Source of the DNA: Eledone cirrhosa
Taxonomy: Eukaryota
Length of the DNA: 64,000 nt
Assembly (NCBI GenBank): GCA_964016885.1
Contig: OZ024759.1
Span: 7,068,001-7,132,000, forward strand
Direction of reading: 5' to 3'
The translations under genes and the position numbers were made by a program. Positions 11,817 through 24,500 of the stretch are shown piece by piece (position 1 is the stretch's first letter; every line of letters begins with the position of its first letter). The notes beneath the pieces were generated by a model. That model saw only the letters and a program-made list of their open reading frames with translations. It searched no databases and had not been told where the DNA came from.

Positions 11817-12227
11817 ATGTAAGTATGCATGTATACGTACATACATATATGTATACAGACGTACAGTAGCATGCACATATATATATATATATACATATAT
11901 ACATACATATACATACAGGTACACATACATATATGCACGTATCAGTTTAGCGGCGCTTATTATAACGTCGCTTTGTTCGTTTGTAAACAAACTGAACAGC
12001 CTGAATTTATGCCATACGGTGTTAAGGCAACCACGTCACCTTTTTGTTCAACACTGTTTACAAACGAACAAAGCGACGTTATAATAAGCGCCGCTAAACT
12101 GATACGTGCATATATGTATGTGTACCTGTATGCATATGTATGTATATATGTATATATATATATATATGTGCATGCTACTGTACGTCTGTATACATATATG
12201 TATGTACGTATACATGCATACTTACAT
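11817..12227. mobile_element. Foldback element with ~173-bp inverted arms
   Basis: 11817-11989 and 12055-12227 are near-perfect reverse complements around a ~65-bp spacer; related copy at 51322-51757. Confidence 0.85.
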
Positions 12228-12283
12228 TTAAGTAAGTGCCATACTAAGAGTGAGAAATGAAATTTCGTTTTCATTTTGTTTCA

Positions 12284-12318
<35 letters not shown>

Positions 12319-12321
<3 letters not shown>

Positions 12322-12795
12322 GGCGAAAGAGGTTGTATGGTGGACGCGTCTGAAAGGACTGAGGTCAGGCACCTTTCTCTCTGGCCAACAACTGGTCCGT
12401 TTCTTCCGATATCATTTCGGAAGAAGGATCAGGATGGAGAGAGAGGTGCTGCACCCCAGCCGTTTCTATGAAAGATGGGTGAAAGTGGCGAGAATGGCCC
12501 GTGTGAATGGGCCTTCACTCTACATCAGACTATAGGTGAGGAAGATGAAAGACCAAGGGAGCACCCCTTCTCTGTGCTCCTGAGGAGAAGGGTTGCACAC
12601 TTTTTTCGGGGGTGTCTGCGACCCCCCAAGGCGCCTCCTCTCTATTGAGGATTTTGTTATAAATTTTATTTTTTGTTATATCTTATTTTATTTTTATATT
12701 TTGTTATTGCCTCCTCCTTATTGAGGACGCCTTTTTATGTAAACTCCCCCCTTTGTACTTGTCCCACTTTTGATGCCCTAGTGGCATATAAAAGA

Positions 12796-12798
<3 letters not shown>
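12319..12798 (+). mobile_element. 5'-truncated L1/Tx1-like LINE 3' end, second copy, in (TA)n
   Basis: Nearly identical to 4239-4703. Confidence 0.7.
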
Positions 12799-12841
<43 letters not shown>

Positions 12842-12950
12842 GTGTTTGTTTATGCATTATTTGAATATCTGTTCTATTTTTTCTTGATACCCATCATCTC
12901 CCCAAAAAAACAACATAAATAAATATAAAACAAACCCCCAAACTAAACAG

Positions 12951-13216
12951 CGCAGCTACCGAGGGACAATTCACCAGTGGACCTCACAGAATAGGACGAA
13001 CTTATATAAAAGCCAGCTTTTTCCAGTATAAAAACGAAACTTACTTGACCAAAATTCCAACCCCTGCTCACATGGGTTTGTTGGGTCCTGTGATGATTGT
13101 CTACGAAGGTGACAACGTTGTAGTTCACCTGAAGAACAAGGCCAACCGGTCATATTCCTTCCTGCCCCATGGTGTACAGTTTGAAAAATCTCAAGAAGGA
13201 GTCCAGTACAACAACA
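12951..13216 (+). CDS. Multicopper oxidase exon D (domain 3)
   Basis: AACAG acceptor, A|GTGAGT donor; DAATEGQFTSGPHRIGRTYIKASFFQY...HMGLLGPVMIVYEGDNVVVHLKNKANRSYSFLPHGV...; phase 2 in matches exon C. Confidence 0.9.
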
Positions 13217-13285
13217 GTGAGTCTTTTATAGTCGTTTTTATTATTTTCTTTTTTATTTTATTTCTCCTTTCTTATTTTCTTTATT

Positions 13286-14533
13286 CACCACCACCACCAC
13301 TACCACCACTACTACCACCACCACCACTACCACCACCACTACTACCACCACTACCACCACCATCACCACCTACACCACTACTACTACCACTACCACCACC
13401 ACTACCACCACCACCACTACTACCACCACCACCACTACCAACCACTACTACCACCACCACCACTACCACCACTACTACCACCACCACCACTACCACCACC
13501 ACTACTACCACCACTACCACCACCATCACCACCTACACCACTACTACTACCACTACCACCACCACTACCACCACCACCACAGCACCACTACCACCACTAC
13601 CACCACAGCACCACTACCACCACCACTACCACCACCACCACTACCACCACTACCACCACAACCACTACCACCACAACCACTACCACCACCACCACTACCA
13701 CCACCACTACCACCACCACCACAGCACCACTACCACCACCACCACCACACCACCACTACCACCACCACTACCACCACCACCACTACCACCACTACCACCA
13801 CTACCACCACTACCACCACCACAACCACTACCACCACCACCACTATACCACTACCACCACTACAACCACTACCACCATCACAACCACTACCACTACCACG
13901 ATCACCACTACCACCACCACCACTACCACCACTACTACAAACACCAACACCACTACTACCACCACTACCACCACCATCACCACCTACACCACTACTACTA
14001 CCACTACCACCATCACCACTACCACCACCACATCACCACTACCACCACCACTACCAGCACCACTGCCACCACCACCACCACCACCACCACCACTACCACA
14101 ACCACTACCACCACCACCACCTCCACTACCACCACCACCACCACTACCACCACCACTACCACCACCACCACCACCACCACCACTACCACCACCACTACCA
14201 CCACCACCACCACCACCACCACTACCACCACTATCACCACCACCACCACTACCACCACCACTACCACCACCGCTATCACCACTACCACCACTATCACCAC
14301 CACCACCACTACCACCACCACGATCACCACTACCACCACTATCACCACTACCACCATCACAACCACTACCACTACCACGATCACCACTACCACCACCACC
14401 ACTACCACCACTACTACCAACACCAACACCACTACTACCACCACTATCACCACTACCACCACTACCACCACCACCACCTCCACCACCTCCACCACCACAA
14501 CCACCACTATCACCACTACCACCACCACTACCA
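13286..14533. repeat. Imperfect (CCA/CTA)n trinucleotide tract
   Basis: Low-complexity run downstream of the exon D donor. Confidence 0.92.
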
Positions 14534-14714
14534 TGAAGCTCACACCTGTGGGTAACCAGCATTCTACCAACTAGGAGTTGGTGCTATGGCTAAGGATACC
14601 AGAAGTCTCCACTGTGGCTTTTATATGTTCCTTCATCAATTTACCATATTTTTCAGAATATAGAATATGCTATTTTTTGCCAAAATTTGACCCTCAAAAT
14701 CACTGTGCATCTTA

Positions 14715-14858
14715 TAAGGCGAAGGTCAGGTTTGGGGTAGTTACTGTATGTAAGGCGAAGGTCAGGTTTGGGGTAGTTACTGTATGTAAGGCGAAGGTCA
14801 GGTTTGGGGTAGTTACTGTATGTAAGGCGAAGGTCAGGTTTGGGGTAGTTACTGTATG
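14715..14858. repeat. 36-bp tandem repeat x4
   Basis: TAAGGCGAAGGTCAGGTTTGGGGTAGTTACTGTATG repeated four times. Confidence 0.95.
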
Positions 14859-15446
14859 TAAACATTTTATAATTAAAAAGTAGGAAATATTTAGACTTTT
14901 ATTTAAATTTTCAAAAATATACCTTCTTGTTTGGGACCAATTTCGTGCACATACAGCTGAGAATACAGTAAGGAGGGTAAAGAACTTAAACACCGAAATA
15001 GCTGTCATACCTGGAGGACCTCTCAATTGCAACCCCTTGATGTTTCATTAAACAAACCTTTTAAGGCATACACGAGAGAGGAATAGGATAATAGGATGAA
15101 GGACCCACAACATGAACTGACACAGACAGGACGTATGAAGAGGCCAACATTTTCCCACGTAACCTAGTGGGTGAAAACTTCATGGAGTGCTGTGAAAACC
15201 GAGACAGTTATAAGAGCTTTCAAAAAATGAGGCATCGGCAATGTCCTAGATGGCACTGAGAGGGTCTTCTGTATAATGATAGCGACTCAAGTGATTCTGG
15301 AAACAGCAATGACCCCGAGGAATGTGAGGAAGATGATGAATTTCAGGAACTAGATGAGGGTGACAGAATTTATAAAATTTTAATAGCGTTAATAGTGTTA
15401 ATTCCCCCTAATTATATTTTTCCAAGATATTCATGTTAAATTTAGA

Positions 15447-17787
15447 GTGTGTCCTATATTCCAGTGTGTCCTATATTCCAGTGTGTCCTATATTCCTGTG
15501 TGTCCTATATTGATGTGTGTCCTATATTCCAGTGTGTCCTATATTGATGTGTGTCCTATATTCCAGTGTGTCCTATATTCCAGTGTGTCCTATATTGATG
15601 TGTGTCCTATATTCCAGTGTTTCTTATATTCCAGTGTGTCCTATATTCCAGTGTGTCTTATATTTCAGTGGGTCCTATATTCCAGTGTGTCCTATATTTC
15701 AGTGTGTCCTATATTTCAGTGCGTCCTATATTCCAGTGTTTCTTATATTCCAGTGTTTCTTATATTCCAGTGTGTCCTATATTCCAGTGTGTCCTATGTT
15801 CCAGTGTGTCCTATATTTCAGTGTGTCCTATATTTCAGTGCGTCCTATATTCCAGTGTTTCTTATATTCCAGTGTTTCTTATATTCCAGTGTGTCCTATA
15901 TTCCAGTGTGTCCTATATTTCGGTGTGTCCTATATTCCAGTGTTTCTTATATTCCAGTGTTTCTTATATTCCAGTGTGTCCTATATTCCAGTGCATCCTA
16001 TGTTCCAGTGTGTCCTATATTCCAGTGTGTCCTATATTTCAGTGTGTCCTATATTCCAGTGTGTCTTATATTCCAGTGTGTCTTATATTCCAGTGTGTCC
16101 TATATTACAGTGTGTCCTATATTACAGTGTGTCCTATATTCCAGTGTGTCTTATATTCCAGTGTGTCTTATATTCCAGTGTGTCCTATATTCCAGTGTGT
16201 CTTATATTCCAGTGTGTCCTATATTCCAGTGTGTCTTATATTCCAGTGTGTCCTATATTCCAGTGTGTCCTATATTCCAGTGTGTCTTATATTCCAGTGT
16301 GTCCTATATTCCAGTGTGTCTTATATTCCAGTATGTCTTATATTCCAGTGTGTCCTATATTCCAGTGTGTCTTATATTCCAGTGTGTCCTATATTCCAGT
16401 GTCTCCTATATTCCAGTGTGTCCTATATTCCAGTGTGTCTTATATTCCAGTGTGTCTTATATTCCAGTGTGTCCTAAATTCCAGTGTGTCCTATATTCCA
16501 GTGTGTCTTATATTCCAGTGTGTCTTATATTCCAGTGTGTCCTTTATTCCAGTGTGTCCTATATTCCTGTGTGTCCTATATTCCAGTGTGTCCTATATTC
16601 CAGTGTGTCTTATATTCCAGTGTGTCCTATATTCCAGTGTGTCTTATATTCCAGTGTGTCCTATATTCCAGTGTGTCCTATATTCCAGTGTGTCTTATAT
16701 TCCAGTGTGTCCTATATTCCAGTGTGTCTTATATTCCAGTATGTCTTATATTCCAGTGTGTCCTATATTCCAGTGTGTCTTATATTCCAGTGTGTCTTAT
16801 ATTCCAGTGTGTCCTATATTCCAGTGTGTCCTATATTCCTGTGTGTCCTATATTCCAGTGTGTCCTATATTCCAGTGTGTCCTATATTCCAGTGTGTCTT
16901 ATATTCCAATGTGTCGTATATTCCAGTGTGTCCTATATTCCAGTGTGTCTTATATTCCAGTGTGTCCTATATTCCAGTGTGTCCTATATTCCAGTGTGTC
17001 CTATATTCCAGTGTGTCTTATATTCCAGTGTGTCCTATATTCCGTTGTGTCCTATATTGATGTGTGTCCTATATTCCAGTGTGTCCTATATTGATGTGTG
17101 TCCTATATTACAGTGTGTCCTATATTCCTGCGTGTCCTATATTCCAGTGTGTCCTATATTCCAGTGTGTCTTATATTCCAGTGTTTCCTATATTCCAGTG
17201 TGTCCTATATTACAGTGTATCCTATATTCCAGTGTGTCCTATATTCCAGTGTGTCCTATATTCCAGTGTGTCATATATTCCTGTATGTCCTATATTCCAG
17301 TGTGTCCTATATTCCTGTGTCCTATATTCCAGTGTCTTATATTCCAATGTGTCCTATCTTCCAGTGTGTCCTATATTCCAGTGTGTCCTATATTGATGTG
17401 TGTCCTATATTCCAGTGTGTCCTATATTCCAGTGTGTCCTATATTCCAGTGTGTCCTATATTCCAGTGTGTCCTATATTGATGTGTGTCCTATATTCCAG
17501 TGTGTCCTATATTCCAGTGTGTCCTATATTCCAGTGTGTCCTATATTCCAGTGTGTCCTATATTGATGTGTGTCCTATATTACAGTGTGTCCTATATTCC
17601 AGTGTGTCCTATATTCCAGTGTGTCTTATATTCCAGTGTGTCCTATATTGATGTATGTCCTATATTCCAGTATGTTCTATATTTCAGTGTGTCCTATATT
17701 CCGGTGTCTCCTATATTCCAGTATGTCCTATATTCCAGTGTGTCCTATATTCCAGTGTGTCCTATATTCCTGTGTGTCCTATATTCC
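15447..17787. repeat. 17-bp minisatellite (GTGTGTCCTATATTCCA)n, ~138 copies
   Basis: Direct tandem array at the right end of the pogo element. Confidence 0.95.
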
Positions 17788-18171
17788 GAAGTACAGATGT
17801 GTATCTTCGATGTATTCCTTCATCAATTTATCTAAATATACAATTTTGCGATTCTGTCACACGTAAAGAGGGAGGAGTAGTTTGACTACCTCATACTACT
17901 GCTCTCTCTTTACATCTGCTGCCTGTGTGAATGTATGTGTGTGTAAAAGGAAGGAAGGGGTGGTGACTAAACTACACTGTGTATGTGTTTGTGTAAATGT
18001 ATGTCTGTAAGTGTGTATTTTTGTAAGTATGTCTGCGTTTGTACGTTTATATTTACATACTCATACATATATATGTACACACACACACACGCATTTAAAC
18101 ACATACGCGTCAGTGTATTGAAAAACATCCTATTATATGTAACTGCTATGTGTTCCCTTGTCAATTTATAG

Positions 18172-18383
18172 GTCAATTTATAACTGGCAAAATAGTTCAA
18201 CCTGGTAAAACGGATACATATGAATTTTACGTGCCACATTCCAGTAATAAGTTTCAGGGTTGTAAGGTATTCCTTTACCAATCATCACTGGATCATGTGA
18301 AGGACTTAAACTCGGGTCTCGTAGGACCATTACTTGTTTGCCAAAATACTCTCAACGAAAGGTTCAATCATATAATTAATAAT
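18172..18383 (+). CDS. Multicopper oxidase exon E (domain 3)
   Basis: TTTATAG acceptor, GTAAGT donor; VQPGKTDTYEFYVP...CKVFLYQSSLDHVKDLNSGLVGPLLVC; phase 1 in, phase 0 out. Confidence 0.92.
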
Positions 18384-18406
18384 GTAAGTATGTATTTTAA
18401 TCATCT

Positions 18407-18550
18407 TCATCATCATCATCATTGAACATCCATTTTCCACGCTAGCTTGGGTTAGACAAGTTGTCCCGGTTGGGTCAGGTGACCATGTCTTGCTCATACA
18501 GAACTGTTTCTGGCTTGATTTCTACAGCTGGATGTCCTTCCTAACGCCAA
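18407..18550 (-). mobile_element. 3' part of a family-2 SINE that runs into the 48-bp satellite
   Basis: (CAT)n tail and GGCTTGATTTCTACAGCTGGATG..CTTCCTAAC as in 30914-31070. Confidence 0.8.
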
Positions 18551-21500
18551 CCACTTTTCCAGTGTGGACTGGGTACTTTTTGTTGTGACACCTACATGAC
18601 CACTTTACAGTATGGACTGGATACTTTTTGTTGTGACACCTACACAACCACTTCACGGTGTGGTCTGGGTACTTTTTGTTGTGACATTTACACGACCACT
18701 TTACAGTGTGGATTGGGTACTTTTTGTTGTGACACCTACATGACCACTTTACAGTGTGGGATGGGTACTTTTTGTTGTGACACCTACACAACCACTTCAC
18801 AGTGTGGACTGGGTACTTTTTGTTGTGACACTTACACGACCACTTTACAGTGTGGACTGGGTACTTTTTGTTGTGACACCTACATGACCACTTTACAGTG
18901 TGGACTGGGTACTTTTTGTTGTGACACCTACAGAACCACTTTACAGTGTGGACTGGGTACTTTTTGTTGTGACACTTACACGACCACTTTACAGTGTGGA
19001 CTGGGTGCCTTTTGTTGACACCTACATGACCACTTTACAGTGTGGACTGGGTACTTTTTGTTGTGACACCTACAGAACCACTTTACAGTGTGGACTGGGT
19101 ACTTTTTGTAGTGACACTTACACGACCACTTTACAGTGTGGACTGGGTACTTTTTGTTGTGACACCTACATGACCACTTTACAGTGTGGACTGGGTACTT
19201 TTTGTTGTGACACCTACAGAACCACTTTACAGTGTGGAGTGGGTACTTTTTGTTGTGACACTTACACAACCACTTTACAGTGTGGACTGGGTGACTTTTG
19301 TTGTGACACCTACATGACCACTTTACAGTGTGGACTGGGTGTCTTTTGTTGGGACTCCTAAATGACCACTTTACAGTGTAGACTGGGTACTTTTTGTTGT
19401 GACACACCTACATGACCACTTTACAGTGTGGACTGGGTGCCTTTTGTTGTGACTCCGAAATGACCACTTTACAGTGTGGACTGGGTACTTTTTGTTGTGA
19501 CACCTACATGACCACTTTACAGTGTAGACTGGGTACTTTTTGTTGTGACACCTACACAACCACTTTACAGTGTGGACTGGGTACTTTTTGTTGTGACCCC
19601 TACACAACCACTTTACAGTGTGGACTGGGTACTTTTTGTTGTGACACTTACACGACCACATTACAGTGTGGACTGGGTACTTTTTGTTGTGACACCTACA
19701 CGACCACTTTACAGTGTGGACTGGGTACTTTTTATTGTGTCACCTACACGACCACTTTCCAGTGTGGACTGGGTACTTTTTGTTGTGACACCTACACAAC
19801 CACTTCACAGTGTGGACTGGGTACTTTTTGTTGTGACACTTACACGACCACTTTACAGTGTGGACTGGGTACTTTTTGTTGTGACACCTACATGACCACT
19901 TTACAGTGTGGACTGGGTACTTTTTGTTGTGACACCTACACAACCACTTTACAGTGTGGACTGGGTACTTTTTGTTATGACACTTACACAACCACTTTAC
20001 AGTGTGGACTGGGTACTTTTTGTTGTGACACCTACATGACCACTTTACAGTGTGGACTGGGTACTTTTTGTTGTGACACCTACACAACCACTTTACAGTG
20101 TGGACTGGGTACTTTTTGTTGTGACACTTACACGACCACTTTACAGTGTGGACTGGGTACTTTTTGTTGTGACACCTACAGAACCACTTTACAGTGTGGA
20201 CTGGGTACTTTTTGTTGTGACACTTACACGACCACTTTACAGTGTGGACTGGGTGCCTTTTGTTGTGACACCTACATGACCACTTTACAGTGTGGACTGG
20301 GTGCCTTTTGTTGTGACACACCTACATGACCACTTTAAATTGTGGACTGGGTGCCTTTTGTTGTGACTCCTAAATGACCACTTTGCAGTGTGGACTGGGT
20401 ACTTTTTGTTGTGACACCTACACAACCACTTTACAGTGTGGACTGGGTACTTTCTGTTATGACACCTACACAACCACTTTACAGTGTGGACTGGGTACTT
20501 TTTGTTATGACACCTACACAACCACTTTACAATGTGGACTGGGTACTTTTTGTTATGACACATACATGACCACTTTACAGTGTGGACTGGGTACTTTTTG
20601 TTGTGACATCTACACAACCACTTTACAGTGTGGACTGGGTACTTTTTGTTGTGACACCTACATGACCACTTTACAGTGTGGACTGGGTACTTTTTGTTGT
20701 GACACCTACATGACCACTTTACAGTGTGGACTGGGTACTTTTTGTTATGACACCTACATGACCACTTTACAGTGTGTACTGGGTTCTTTTTGTTGTGACA
20801 CCTACATAACCACTTTACAGTGTGGACTGGGTACTTTTTGTTGTGAAACCTACCAACCACTTTACATTGTGGACTGGGTACTTTTTGTTGTGACACCTAC
20901 ACAACCACTTTACAGTGTGGACTGGGTACTTTTTGTTGTGACACCTACATGACCATTTTACAGTGTGGACTGTGTACTTTTTGTTGTGACACCTACAGAA
21001 CCACTTTACAGTGTGGACTGGGTACTTTTTGTTGTGACACCTACATGACCACTTTACAGTGTGGACTGGGTGTCTTTTGTTGGGACTCCTAAATGACCAC
21101 TTTACAGTGTAGACTGGGTACTTTTTGTTGTGACACACCTACATGACCACTTTACAGTGTGGACTGGGTGCCTTTTGTTGTGACTCCGAAATGACCACTT
21201 TACAGTGTGGACTGGGTACTTTTTGTTGTGACACCTACATGACCACTTTACAGTGTAGACTGGGTACTTTTTGTTGTGACACCTACACAACCACTTTACA
21301 GTGTGGACTGGGTACTTTTTGTTGTGACCCCTACACAACCACTTTACAGTGTGGACTGGGTACTTTTTGTTGTGACACTTACACGACCACATTACAGTGT
21401 GGACTGGGTACTTTTTGTTGTGACACCTACACGACCACTTTACAGTGTGGACTGGGTACTTTTTATTGTGTCACCTACACGACCACTTTCCAGTGTGGAC

Positions 21501-24500
21501 TGGGTACTTTTTGTTGTGACACCTACACAACCACTTCACAGTGTGGACTGGGTACTTTTTGTTGTGACACTTACACGACCACTTTACAGTGTGGACTGGG
21601 TACTTTTTGTTGTGACACCTACATGACCACTTTACAGTGTGGACTGGGTACTTTTTGTTGTGACACCTACACAACCACTTTACAGTGTGGACTGGGTACT
21701 TTTTGTTATGACACTTACACAACCACTTTACAGTGTGGACTGGGTACTTTTTGTTGTGACACCTACATGACCACTTTACAGTGTGGACTGGGTACTTTTT
21801 GTTGTGACACCTACAGAACCACTTTACAGTGTGGACTGGGTACTTTTTGTTGTGACACTTACACGACCACTTTACAGTGTGGACTGGGTGCCTTTTGTTG
21901 TGACACCTACATGACCACTTTACAGTGTGGACTGGGTACTTTTTGTTGTGACACCTACAGAACCACTTTACAGTGTGGACTGGGTACTTTTTGTTGTGAC
22001 ACTTACACGACCACTTTACAGTGTGGCCTGGGTACTTTTTGTTGTGACACCTACATGACCACTTTACAATGTGGACTGGGTACTTTTTGTTGTGACACCT
22101 ACAGAACCACTTTACAGTGTGGAGTGGGTACTTTTTGTTGTGACACTTACACAACCACTTTACAGTGTGGACTGGGTGACTTTTGTTGTGACACCTATAT
22201 GACCACTTTACAGTGTGGACTGGGTACTTTTTGTTGTGACACCTACAGAACCACTTTACAGTGTGGACTGGGTACTTTTTGTTGTGACACTTACACGACC
22301 ACTTTACAGTGTGGACTGGGTGCCTTTTGTTGTGACACCTACATGACCACTTTACAGTGTGGACTGGGTACTTTTTGTTGTGACACTTACACGACCACTT
22401 TACAGTGTGGACTGGGTACTTTTTGTTGTGACACCTACATGACCACTTTACAGTGTGGACTGGGCACTTTTTGTTGTGACACCTACAGAACCACTTTACA
22501 GTGTGGACTGGGTACTTTTTGTTGTGACACTTACACGACCACTTTACAGTGTGGACTGGGTGCCTTTTGTTGTGACACCTACATGACCACTTTACAGTGT
22601 GGACTGGGTGACTTTTGTTGTGACACCTACATGACCACTTTACAGTGTGGACTGGGTACTTTTTGTTGTGACACCTACATGACCACTTTACAGTGTGGCC
22701 TGGGTACTTTTTGTTGTGACACTTACACGACCACTTTACAGTGTGGACTGGGTGCCTTTTGTTGGGACTCCTAAATGACCACTTTACAGTGTGAACTGGG
22801 TGCTTTTTGTTGTGACACCTACATGACCACTTTACAGTGTGAACTGGGTGCTTTTTGTTGTGACACCTACATGACCACTTTACAGTGTGGACTGGGTACT
22901 TTTTGTTGTGACACCTACACAACCACTTTACAGTGTGGTGGGGTACTTTTTGTTATGACACCTACACAACCACTTTACAGTGTAGACTGGGTACTTTTTG
23001 TTATGACACCTACACAACCACTTTACAGTGTGGACTGGGTACTTTTTGTTATGACACCTACACAACCACTTTACAATGTGGACTGGGTACTTTTTGTTAT
23101 GACACATACATGACCACTTTACAGTGTGGACTGGGTACTTTTTGTTGTGACACCTACACAACCACTTTACAGTGTGGACTGGGTACTTTTTGTTGTGACA
23201 CCTACATAACCACTTTACAGTGTGGACTGGGTACTTTTTGTTGTGACACCTACACAACCACTTCACAGTGTGGACTGGGTACTTTTTGTTGTGACACTTA
23301 CACGACCACTTTACAGTGTGGACTGGGTACTTTTTGTTGTGACACCTACATGACCACTTTACAGTGTGGACTGGGTACTTTTTGTTGTGACACCTACACA
23401 ACCACTTTACAGTGTGGACTGGGTACTTTTTGTTGTGACACTTACACAACCACTTTACAGTGTGGACTGGGTACTTTTTGTTGTGACACCTACATGACCA
23501 CTTTACAGTGTGGACTGGGTACTTTTTGTTGTGACACCTACAGAACCACTTTACAGTGTGGACTGGGTACTTTTTGTTGTGACACTTACACGACCACTTT
23601 ACAGTGTGGACTGGGTGCCTTTTGTTGTGACACCTACATGACCACTTTACAGTGTGGACTGGGTACTTTTTGTTGTGACACCTACAGAACCACTTTACAG
23701 TGTGGACTGGGTACTTTTTGTTGTGACACTTACACGACCACTTTACAGTGTGGACTGGGTACTTTTTGTGACACCTACATGACCACTTTACAGTGTGGAC
23801 TGGGTACTTTTTGTTGTGACACCTACAGAACCACTTTACAGTGTGGAGTGGGTACTTTTTGTTGTGACACTTACACAACCACTTTACAGTGTGGACTGGG
23901 TGACTTTTGTTGTGACACCTACATGACCACTTTACAGTGTGGACTGGGTACTTTTTGTTGTGACACCTACAGAACCACTTTACAGTGTGGACTGGGTACT
24001 TTTTGTTGTGACACTTACACGACCACTTTACAGTGTGGACTGGGTGCCTTTTGTTGTGACACCTACATGACCACTTTACAGTGTGGACTGGGTGACTTTT
24101 GTTGTGACACCTACATGACCACTTTACAGTGTGGACTGGGTACTTTTTGTTGTGACACCTACAGAACCACTTTACAGTGTGGACTGGGTACTTTTTGTTG
24201 TGACACTTACACGACCACTTTACAGTGTGGACTGGGTGCCTTTTGTTGTGACACCTACATGACCACTTTACAGTGTGGATTGGGTGACTTTTGTTGTGAC
24301 ACCTACATGACCACTTTACAGTGTGGACTGGGTACTTTTTGTTGTGACACCTACATGACCACTTTACAGTGTGGACTGGGTACTTTTTGTTGTGACACTT
24401 ACACGACCACTTTACAGTGTGGACTGGGTGCCTTTTGTTGGGACTCCTAAATGACCACTTTACAGTGTGAACTGGGTGCTTTTTGTTGTGACACCTACAT

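Larger units (their letters stand above)
14644..17796 (+). mobile_element. pogo/Tigger-type DNA transposon remnant with a DDE_1 transposase pseudogene fragment (~14923-15260)
   Basis: Left end TA|CCATATTTTTCAGAATATA; LLVWDQFRAH...VIPGG/SQLQPLDVSLNKPFKAY...TGRMKRP...WVKTSW...RAFKK*GI..VLDGTE with stops and a frameshift; degenerate right end ATATTCCGAAGTACAG. Confidence 0.85.

Noticed and set aside
13217-14574. Pro/Thr/His-rich extension of the 509-aa ORF (mucin-like)
   Set aside because: Read-through past the GTGAGT donor at 13217 into a (CCA)n tract; homology resumes in phase at 18172
15447-17885. ORFs over 500 aa in all three forward frames
   Set aside because: Artefact of a stop-free 17-bp repeat
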